Source of the DNA: Tubulanus polymorphus
Taxonomy: Eukaryota; Animalia; Nemertea
DNA: 64,000 nucleotides
NCBI RefSeq assembly: GCF_964204645.1
Contig: NC_134035.1
Span: 2,232,001 to 2,296,000, forward strand
Reading direction: 5' to 3'
Shown: in pieces, positions 23,525-34,500 of the stretch
Layout: every line of letters begins with the position of its first letter
Numbering within the stretch: the stretch's first letter is position 1
Notes under the pieces: generated by a model
What the model was told of the DNA's origin: nothing
The model's database searches: none
The model's input: only the letters and a program-made list of their open reading frames with translations
Made by a program: the position numbers and the translations under genes

Positions 23525-25046
23525 GTGTAATCATATCGTAGGTTCATAAGATCGTGAAGAGATTCGAATGCAGATCGAAAATTATAACATCAATATTCAA
23601 TGTAAACTGCTAAAACTTTTTAAAAGGATTTTCCAAAAACTGTTGGATTGACATATCGATCATTAGTCAGGTTGTTTTTATTTTTGGAACGAACAAACGC
23701 ACCAGCTTCGATACTGCTCTAGAATATTGTCATAAATTTCAAATTTTCATGTTATTTTTGTTGTTGAACACAAAGGAATGGCACCAGCTAACTCATCGGA
23801 GTAACATGTGTTCTTTAGTGGAGCATTTCTGCATGTTCTTATACATTGATGTATAGCAGCAGCGATATGGCTCTAGGTTTCTCAGGCGATGATTCACAGG
23901 AATGTCATCGGTGTAAGTCACGTGTAAGATTTAAAGTTCAAATCAAGTGACCACAACATTATGATCTATGAATACTAGGAAATGAAATATAGTTCAATAT
24001 TTCCTTTCCCTTCTGAAATGTAGCCTAGTCAAGGCCGGATGTAAATTGGAATACGGACACTTAATGTGAGGACTGCAAGTGAAACATTGTTTGGGGGTTC
24101 TGGTGACCCTCCCACAGAAGATTTAGAACAGGGACATTTCAGGGCCTTATAACAACTGATTTGAATTCATTCCCTAAATCCACCCTTCCAAGTTCAGATG
24201 ATCTCTTGCAAAAATCTCGAATGATTTAGATATTGTTTTGTCGATGACCTGACATGATCAATGTGTACTGCTACTGTGTCGATCAATCTGCAGCTTGGCG
24301 CTGTGTCACTTGTCGTCAATTGTTTAAATATCAGATGTTTCTTGTCGATTTGTCCGATCATTTTGGTTCGATTTCCTTGAATTCACACGAGATATCTGTA
24401 GAATCGGTGGTCAATCTGGCAATAGGTGCTGATTGTAAATTGATGTTTACTAGGGAAAATTTGAGAGGGGAATCGGGGAACCAAGCTGCATATTGATTGT
24501 TACATATATTTATATCTGTTCAATGTTTATCCAGTGTCTGTTGTTATTACAATATGCAGGAACAGATCCAAGGGAAGGGTGCAGGGGGTGCACATCCCAA
24601 CTTAAATCTCAAGTTGCCTGGAAACATGAAAAATATCAAACTAATACCAAAAGAGTTAAAATTCTAAAGCTTGTACTCTGTATTTGGAAAAAATGAGTTA
24701 ATATTTTCTGATGAGCTTTCTTTATGGTGTCCTTTCAATTATATGATATCCCTTATTTCGGGTGCACCCCTACCTGAATCAGACCCCCGATCCCCCCCTG
24801 AATTACAATATGTATTATATACCTAAAACATGGACGACGCTTCTATGAAAGCTGATACGATCATTTCTGCTGAATCATCTATCATTTAAACAGCAGATAA
24901 TATTTTCCGTGTTCGTCATCGGTAAATAGGTTATTGATGAGCGGACACAGTGTTTACTGGTTATTAACAGTACACTATACTACTCGTGTGCATTCTCTGA
25001 GGTGAAATGTACTACTGTATACGAATGACACTTTATCAAGTGGAAC

Positions 25047-25076
25047 CATGGACTCCAAATCGTTTTAGAGTCCATG
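25047..25076. mobile_element. 30-bp palindromic transposon remnant with 7-bp TSD (GTGGAAC)
   Basis: GTGGAAC-CATGGACTCCAAATCGTTTTAGAGTCCATG-GTGGAAC. Related copy at 58622-58643. Confidence 0.7.
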
Positions 25077-25107
25077 GTGGAACGTATAATTTCATGTACT
25101 TTTCACA

Positions 25108-25465
25108 TAGTGGAATCTTGTTATAACGACCTCAGATTTGACAATTCATCGGTTATTCATCGAGAATTTCGTCCCATATTGGACATTTTATAAATAATTT
25201 CATGCCGGATATAACGAACTATCAGCTATCGAAATATATATATTGAAAACATTTTTCGAAATTCCCTGGTTCTGTTTTCATATACTGAGTATCAAAATCA
25301 CCCTTTGAGGTATATCCTCATATAACCTATATCGACAACCACCATAGTAACAGTGAGGAACCATGGTGATAACAGACAAATTTCTCAAAATGTTCCCATC
25401 GACTATTTTGCTTCGACATTTACGAAACCAAGCCCTGGACGGTTCATCGTAGCGAGGTTCCACTG
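25108..25465. mobile_element. Degenerate Tc1/mariner(pogo)-like MITE. Similar elements at about 21632-21890, 26423-26573, 52718-52873 and 55711-55879.
   Basis: CAGT-G/A-A...TCG-type inverted termini ending CTG|TA or TTG|TA. Confidence 0.55.
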
Positions 25466-28400
25466 TAGATGATATTATTTCATGAGCAGTGTCATCGCCT
25501 GTTCCGGTATCGTGCAGTTTAACGACATACAATTTCAATTTGTCAAAGTTGTCGAGAATGAATAGGTTATAGTTGTCATCAGCAGCAACATATTGCCAGC
25601 TGAAAATATTCATTACCCAAAAGAAATGTGATTCAATATTAATTGATATACATGTAGATAAATGTACTGTATCGCATTATGTTGCAGATATTGATCTTGT
25701 CAAAGAGGTATATATGTATACCTACAATGGCAGGAAGCAATAGATTTAAATGATACCCTCTCCGAAATACTGGTTGGATTCATTAGCTTTCTATTGTTCA
25801 CTCTGAATTTAATTTTTTTTCGTCGTAATTTGGATTATATCTCGGGAGATTAAAGTGGACGTTGCGAGTGAAATATTTCCATTCGAAATTGACTCCGCAA
25901 ATTTAAGGGGTTAATTTCCATTCGCCGCTTTATGTAAGCATGTCTATATATAGACATTGTTTATTCATTGGCAAGTGATTTCGCCTCACATGACATTTCA
26001 GTGAAAGGCTGTTCCTTCAGTATTCTCGGAGGGTGTATAATACATTATATAGGTTGCGCCTATAAACTTGTAAATACTGATTATATGACCGGATACTTGA
26101 ACATTTTGTGCCACATATTTTGACCCATTGTTTGTGAAATTATTGTATGGCCTTTAATGAATTTGTTTTCGAAAACGGGCTCAAATTATGGTAAATCAGT
26201 CTTGCGTCAATTCCATGGACTCGGCAGTTTCAATGTGTGTTAATTAGAATTTGTTTTTAATTATTTCATACGCTAAAAACAATATGATTGGTTGCTAAAA
26301 CTGTGTAATTTTCTTTTTCATTGAATCCACGCATTTCAAGTAAACCTCTTTCTTAATATGACTTCACTCCAAAAATATGGCCAAGTTCGGTTTCAATATA
26401 GTCAGTTTTTTCCAAAATACAATAGTAAACCTTGTCTAACTCGGACGAACTGGACCAAAGTAAGCGAAGGCCAAGATAAGGATAGGAATGTACGTTAGGA
26501 ATTAAGAAAGATGATTTTGTTATTGTCCAAGTTAGTCAAAGTTGGCTGTGTCTGAGTCAGGCGAGGTTTACTGTACATGGATTCACAAGTGCATGAAATA
26601 GATAAGGGGTACTTCATATGTATCCTTTGTTGAACATTCAAGAGGGGGGTCAAAAATTGGCCACACTTTTCCTGATGTACATAATGCTTAAAATTGTGTA
26701 AATGGCGGATTGAAAACAATGCGCAAGTACTTCATGAACTCGATGGTAATTTTTGTAGCTTTCATTGTATCGAAACACTGTAAAACGTGTTCGATTAAAA
26801 GCGATTTCTATTGCTTTGACACGAATTAGAATTACTGAAAGAGCGTGTGTAAAGAACTATCTTATCCGTGTATGACTAAGAAAACTTGTGATCACATAAA
26901 ATATGACTGTTCAGCCCCATATATATGTACACGCATTGATATCATTTGTGTTATGCGTCAGACACCTTGTTCAATAGAGTTGTAAAAATCTGTCTGAGAG
27001 ACATCTCTATCCTTTACGTTGTCGCGTTGTAAATTTCTTGAATATAATATATATATAATGTTTTATTTTTTTCTCTCGAAATATTTTCAATCATGTCATC
27101 TTTTAAATTATTAATTAATGATTCAAATATTATCCTCTATTGAAAACATCTGTTACTTTATGCTTATAATAATGTTTTCGTCTGATCGGTTTTTATTGTT
27201 CCCTAAAACGGTTTTCGTCGGAAAATGCGCTTCATTTGCATTTCATGATGGATCTTTAATTCTTATGCTCTAAATGTTTCGGGTTAGAACTGTAAATATT
27301 TCACTTTTCAGTCGTGACTAGTTTTGAAATCAACGTTTAAAGTATCTTGTTCTGTCATATTCCCAAATGGACCTGGACTTCAGAAATTGACCGACATATG
27401 TGAATAGCCCACTTATGCATACCAGGTTCTCTACTGTAGCTTTGAAATTAATGAACTTGTTTGAATCCCAGTTTTTATCAAATAGGTAACTTTGTTCCTG
27501 CGAGTTGAAATCTGTAACAATATTAACATTAATATTGCCTACCAGGAAGCAATATTGTTGCCTTTATTAGAATTACCGACATCTTACTAGAACACCTGCA
27601 GATCGAGGTTATGCAGACCTCGCACATATTGTTTTATATTGGCAGTCAGTTTGTAATTCCACTTTTCTGTAGGAATGATGAAGTCCCTCCATGAGTAAAT
27701 ATACAATGCATAAGATCCGCATGAATGCACAAGCATAGGAACAATAGGCTCCTATAACTCAAATCAATTGGGACAAGTTATTTTTGTTTAGATTTGGCTG
27801 ACAATTCAAATAAGAGAATTGAGTGAAATTTATATACCATTGCAATTGTTCTAAGATAGTGTTCAAGTGATAATTCAACTGGTAATGATTTGAATTAAGA
27901 GAGTGAGTCTACTATATTGAGTCCAGTCCTCCTAAAACCAGTCCTCTGTATCCAGTCCTCATAAAACCAATCCTCTGTATCCAGTACTCTGTAAGAATGA
28001 ATGTCCTCCATTGCAACCTTTTGAGAAACAACCCAAGCAATGATTAATGCTTAGAATTAGTCTTTTTATTGTTTCCTTCTTCACAAAATTGATACAATAG
28101 AACAAAAAATTATAATAATAATAATCTTAAAACTTTTTCTTAACCAAATAGTTGAATTCGATCGACCTCAAGTGTAGATTAGAAAATAAGCGTCAACAGT
28201 GTATCGTATTATTACATGTTAACCGTAACAAAAAATGCGAAGCAGGAAATTGATAAATGTTGTATGATATTTTAAACGACCTTAGGAAATTATTTCCATT
28301 CAGAGATGGATAAACAGATTATATATATATTAGAGTAGTTAAGTTTGAAAGAAGCACCGTTGGCGGCTAAACAAACATCGATGAAATAAGCGTTACATTC

Positions 28401-28595
28401 AATTAGTAGTCGTTATGCGACCGGATTTTATAGTCCGTTATAAAGTTTCGACAACTGTGAGCCTCGCTAATCGAACGTTAAGAGATCGAAGGTATTGTAA
28501 ATAGGAGAAAGTTCAAAATTTTTTTTTTAAATGACCGAAAAGTTTTCCGATGACGTCCGATAAACGAGGCCGTTTTTTTTTTCGGTTGCGAGGGT

Positions 28596-30572
28596 TTACA
28601 ACTGGAGCGTCTCCTTGTCGAAGATGTACTCTCCGAGTCCGGTTCCGCCGCAACGTTTCAGCTGAGTGATGTAATCAGCGATCTGTTTCATCGACTCGAC
28701 TTGTTCGTTCAGGTATTCGTTCTCGATGAAATCGCACATCTGCAAAAAAGAAATAATTGATGATTCCTTAAAGTGATGATACATTTATCTTCGAATGCAT
28801 CCAAATCTGTTTTTAAAATGATTATTTTTCAATTTACGGTTAGCTTAGATTAGGACCAGCCTAAATTCATCAGAATTCTATAGCCTATTTAACAAATTAA
28901 GACCAGTCTAATTAAATTGTGCATTAAGAAAAGTCCAAATCTCTTTTCAAATCTATATGCCACCCAAAGTGAATGAAATCATAGGTGATCTTGGCCGTTT
29001 AAGAAAAACTGCATAACCTTGGCATGACTTTCAATAACTGAGTAACTAGGATTGATAAGGTTAAAGAATATGTCTCGTGATCTAATTAATGTTATCATTC
29101 AAACAATCATGGACAGGTTTATCGCAAGCTGAAGTTCAAGTGGAAATAAAACGACCAACCAGATATACCGCGGGGCGTGCCAAATTCAAAGATTAGGCCT
29201 AAGGGTTGGAACTATCAGCTGAAGAGGTCATCAAATTACCAAAAATAATTCCAAATGGGACAAAGATATGAATAATCTAGGATGTTTTATTGATTTTAAA
29301 CTTATGACGATGATGATCTTGACATAATTTTCCTGTCCTTCATTCTTCTTCACAATGAGAGAATTACTCGACAATTTGCCTATTAAACCCATGCCTCCTG
29401 CCCGAGTATTCCAAACAGTGGGTTGAGGAGAAAGTACACGACGAAGCTGATACTATTTGTATTTACCTGTGGATCGGTATGGTTGCTGGCAACCTTATGC
29501 AAGTCCAACAGACTCTGATTGACGCTCTTCTCGAGCGCGAGCGCCGCGTTCAAAGCGTCCAATCCACTTCCCCATTCATCGTGTTCGGGTTTCTGAAATG
29601 AAGACAATACGAAGATGCTGAGTAATCCTGCCCATAAGCCTAATTAACCTCAAGTTACTTCCAGTGGGTTGACCAGGGACTTATGAGACAAGTCCATCAA
29701 ATCTTTTGCGTGGCCTTTTTATGACATAAAAGAGGGATGTGACAAGTCATTCCTTATTGGTCTCTGGATCCACCCGAGGATGAGGACAGAGGTTTAATGA
29801 CTATTTCTCAAAATTGAAAGAGTTTCGGGAATTCTGTTCGAATTAAAGGAGTTTCAAGTGACTTTGAAAGCATTTTCCGTTCAAATAAAGAGTTTTTAAA
29901 GGAATTAAAGCACGAATAACTGAAGACTTACAGCGATTGGTTGAAGGACGACTCGACCTCCGCGCTGACTTTGAAATTTCATGAATTTCTCGGCGTGTTC
30001 GCGCTCTTCATCGGATTGGTGCTTGAAGAACTTCGAGAATCCCGGCAACGCGACATCATCACGATCGAAATAGTGAGACTGAAATAGCAAATACAAAAAC
30101 AACTTCTTAACTGCATTATTCCTATAACGACCAAAACGTACTTTAGAGAAATGAAGCTAGGTCTATAGCTCAAGGAAAATCTTTAGACATTATTTGCTAT
30201 TTCATTGTACATATCGCCTTCATGACTGAATTTCTGGGGCAGGCCCAGGACCCACCCCCTATTTTCCTTCAAGTTTGACCCCTCCCCAACTTGGGGCCCA
30301 AGTACAATATTGATGGGTCACTTTTGGGAGGGCCTTTACTCTTTAGAGATTGACTTCATTAGTACATGAATTAACAGACTCTGAATTGGGCACAGCAAAC
30401 CAAGTTAACAAGGTGGAAAAAAGATAATTCATGAATTGCGTCTTTCAATACTGACCATTGAATGATAGGTGTAGCTGGCATACAGTTCCATATTAATCTG
30501 TTTATTCACTCCGGCTTCGCATTCTTCGTGGTAATTCTGACGGCACGATACTGCTGCTGATGACTTAGACAT
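28596..30572 (-). CDS. FTH1: Cytosolic (soma) ferritin, heavy-chain type, 177 aa. Exons 30572-30456, 30078-29932, 29592-29467, 28739-28596.
   Basis: [69 protein letters not shown]. Ferroxidase residues present, no signal peptide, three phase-0 GT-AG introns. Confidence 0.98.
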
Positions 30573-30651
30573 CTTGGATTGATGTTGATGATCGGATCGT
30601 CGACGATGAAATCAATGAGAGAATTGAAATAGTTTTCGGATGGTGGCTTCG

Positions 30652-30687
30652 ATTTGTCCGTACGTTCACTGACGCAGCAAGACAAAT
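30652..30687 (-). promoter_or_regulatory. Iron-responsive element (IRE) in the ferritin 5' UTR
   Basis: Minus strand AUUUGUCU-UGC-UGCGU-CAGUGA-ACGUA-C-GGACAAAU: CAGUGN loop, 5-bp upper stem, ferritin-type UGC/C internal bulge, lower stem. Confidence 0.95.
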
Positions 30688-30725
30688 TCTGAAGTTGTTA
30701 TGGCGTACACGTTCCAGCGAGCACG

Positions 30726-30732
30726 ATTTATA
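30726..30732 (-). promoter_or_regulatory. TATA box of ferritin
   Basis: TATAAAT about 40 nt upstream of the IRE, implying a TSS near 30700. Confidence 0.7.
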
Positions 30733-31374
30733 CCCAATGCTGTTCCGACATTCCGGCCGCACTCCCTCCTCTGTGTTCTTATCTATGATTCTATAACATT
30801 GAAGAATAAAGTTATATTAACGCCCAGGCATTAGACATATTTTTAGACAAGAGTAATATCCCAATAGAAAATTGAGTTTATCGTGCATTGGATTCATGAA
30901 TTCGTGAATAGGTTTTTACATAAATTATCCGTTTGAATCTAACTATAGTAAAATGCATTTCATGTCAGTTTTTACTCAATTCAAAGCATCAATCATTGTT
31001 GGGAACCGGTTCATCAAGAACGTTGCATTAGAATCATAGGGCGAAAGAGATGTCTTAAGGCGTAGGTCACCGTACCCCGAGATTTCCCTCCGGCCCGCAA
31101 ATCGAAAATACCCAGCTCGCAGACTCTGGCACGCGAGCGATGGATTAGTTCACGTTTTTGCCGCTATCGTAATATATAGCGACAGCACTGAACGGTCGAT
31201 ATCTCTTGTTTACTGTGGCATGCGAGTTATAGAAGAACCTTTCATCAAAGGGGATATTGCAAGAAAAAATTTTTAATAACCTAACATCAAATTTTGAGTC
31301 GTTAGAGAGAGTTCTTTTTATTCATCAAGAATAAATGCATCATGATAAACTGAACAATCAGTCGACCGATTTCA

Positions 31375-31476
31375 GGATTCGAACCCGGGCGACGGAATTT
31401 GACGTTCTGCCTAGTGCGCCGTCTCGCGGATATCGTCGAAACCACTGAATTCCGCAACCAGGAAGTGAAATGCCAA
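31375..31476 (+). promoter_or_regulatory. RP2 promoter module: reverse B-box plus GCAACCAGGAAGT
   Basis: GGATTCGAACC 31375-31385 and GCAACCAGGAAGTGAAATG from 31454, about 60 nt before ATG 31525. Confidence 0.5.
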
Positions 31477-31524
31477 TCGCGAAGAATATTATTAGTCTAT
31501 AGATGATTAGGAGGATATACTATT

Positions 31525-34500
31525 ATGGGTTGTTTGTTCTCGAAATCCAGTCGCCGGCAAGCGAAAAAAGAGAAACTAGAAGAGGAAAAAGCCGAGGAAC
31601 AAGATGAGTAAGTAGACCGTCTCTTATTAAATCGACCGACAACAAAAAACAATTTCGGCACAAACACAAATTCAATCCAAATCAAAAAAATATCACCTAG
31701 TGTAATTGTAAATGCATACCTGACCAAGTGGTCTGCATCGAAAACGGTTTGTCTGTCTTTTGATGCCGTTACTTTATTTAATTCCAGCTTGTCGACCGAT
31801 AATCATAGTCTCTCTTTCTATAATGGGAGGGTGAAATTTAAAACTGTGCTAAAGTTTTAATGCAAAAAAATAATGATGCAAATTAGGCCTATTACTACTG
31901 TGGACGTAGAGATAGGCTGGTGATGATTCATTGTTCTGTGCATGTCGTGTGTTTATATTGTATATTGATGGCTCTTTTATGCCCTCAATGATATTACTAG
32001 AAGCTAGGCATGGCTTCCTCCAGCAGCAGATGCTTTTTAAAGCGAAAGTTGTCCTTTCGTAACCCAGAACCGGATGAAGCGCCTTCCACCAGAAAATCTT
32101 TCAATTGTCACACATTCTCAGATGTGGTGAGAGAGCCAGTTCGGCTTCATACGTCGATAAAGTATGCCTCGACAAAAACTTTGAAAATGTGGCTTAAAAA
32201 CCATCAGAATTAATAGTTAAGCCTAGTTTATGAAGGATTCAGCAGCCTAGGTTGGATACAATGGCAAGATCTGAGTTCTTACCAAATTTTTTTAATGCAA
32301 ATTTGTTGGAAAACAGTATAGGTAGGCAGTTCCCTATTCATAGGCAAAATACCCTTTTCCAAGACGTTTCAACAATTATAGGGCCTTTTCCATACGTATT
32401 TGTTTGGAAGAATTTGTGCCCTTTTTGACATAAAAGTCTTATAGAACAAACAGGCAGGCAAAATTATGAGGGTATTGAGAAGGTCTCGCAAAACCTTCAG
32501 TCGCCAGCTAGTGTCTGTCGATTGCCTGTTCTAAGTTCATCATAATACAGTACAGAGACTGATCAAAGACTTTAAAATCATTTGTTATTATAGAAACTCA
32601 TTAGTTTCACGGCTCGAGTGACTGAGCTCAGTTAGTTTCTATATGAACTGTTATAATTGATGAGTGTTGCAGTGAGACTGAGGTCATCGTTGATAATTAG
32701 CTGTAAACGCAAACAGTGTCAATTATTCATATTTCATCCAGGCTTTTATAGATATTAAATCTTCTTCGGACGTTCATCAGTTTTCATTCGTCAAACCACA
32801 AATTGTTCATCTTCGACTGATTTGTCGGTTATGCTCCTTTTTTGTATGTCGTTTACAAACCCACAAAACCTGTATTGAAAGGGGAGGTTTCACGATTCAT
32901 TTCGCTATCATATATACTCCTCTTCTTCTGATTGCAGAATATAGTAGCTTGAAATTAAATAAACCGACCGATAATCGGTAAATTAGCTTCAACCCGTAAT
33001 TCAAACCGACAGTGAATCGGTTTTAGCGACGACGCCTTTGCCTTCGGTGATCGTTAAACGTCGTGTTTTCGCCGTTGACAATTTCTAGCCTCGCGTCGCG
33101 TCTCGTTTTCATTTTAGTTTTTCAATTATTTCGTCGACCGCTGAATCAATACGAAACTCCGTCCCAGACTCCGCAGTGATTATTATATTCTAAAAGTCTG
33201 CGCGTTTCAGACGTCGTGCCAGCGAGCGAACGCAGAATTCAAATCCAATTCAAGTTTTGATGAAGATAAATACTTTCCGCATCGCGGTGTCTCGTGTGGG
33301 TAACGTACGGAACAGCGGTGTTTGAGGCGTAACATGTATCCGGGTTCCTACGACGATTCCGTAAAAACTCCTTCTAAATGGAAACTGCTTATATGAAGAT
33401 GCTTGGAACTCGGTTAATTTGAGCAAAATGGCTGAAGCTCCTTTGAAACTCAAGTTTGAGAAATAGGCTATTAGATACCCGCGGTACCGTCGAAGTTGTA
33501 AATTAGACTTCCCTTAAATCGGTACATGCAGTTGGGACCAGGATTTGTTGCCCAATTATGCGGTTACCAAATTAGAAAGGGTAGGAATTTATTTACAAAA
33601 CCGCTGAATTAACAGTTTGCTGATGAACAGAACCGATTTTGGAGGGTCTATACTGTAATTGGGATCATTAAAGTGATGCAGAAGACACTGCCTCAAAATT
33701 TGAAATGTTCTCGAAGAAACTTCTTATATCCAGGAATAACTGATGATTTGTAGGCATCCTGGATTATGATGCTCTAAAAGTTTGCGTTTCAGACGAGCGA
33801 GCTTAGAATTCGAATCCAATTCAAGTTTTGATGAAGATTTACTTTCCGCGGTATCGTTTTTGAGGCAACATGCAGCGATGTCGTCATTGTCGCCGTTCTA
33901 CTAGAATTTTTGCGACTAGCAGTAAAATTCTCCCAAGTGTTAAATTGTATTGGACGATTGAAGTTTTGATGAAGATTTACTTTTCTCGCATCGCGCGGCG
34001 TCGTCTCGTCGATGCTGCGACACACGGCTGTGTATATCATTCCTCCGTGTAGGAGGCTGCAGTGATCGAGTCGGCTAACACCGCCGCCGCTGCTAGCCGA
34101 GTTTTTCTATGTTTTATTTATTGACATTCGTGGGAGAGATTTCGTCCGATAAAGTACGACGACGTCTTTATCTATCTATCTGTCGCTTGCGCGGGCGCGC
34201 GCGAGTAAAGTAGTCTGCCGCGCTTGGATGCGCGATTCATTTAATTAACCCTTTCATATTGATTTTTAACCCTATCGCGGCTGAACAATTTCTACCCTAA
34301 AGTGTTGGAGACAGTTAGAAAATCCCACCCAGTGCGTTGTTTAACAGCTGAGTTGTGTTAACACTATTTATAAAGTATAGCTAATTGATAAATCAATACA
34401 CAATCAATACAATCAAGGTGCGATGTATCATTAGTTAAATGTTTCACAATGTTTGATGGGTGCTGCCTTGGTGCGATGTATCGTTAGTTACTGATATTTC

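Noticed and set aside
25062-25070. GTTTTAGAG, resembling the start of a type II CRISPR repeat
   Set aside because: Only 9 nt, and part of a palindromic transposon end flanked by a TSD.
31375-31450. Possible tRNA gene around a perfect B-box (also 18144 and 46007)
   Set aside because: No cloverleaf, acceptor stem or properly spaced A-box could be built.
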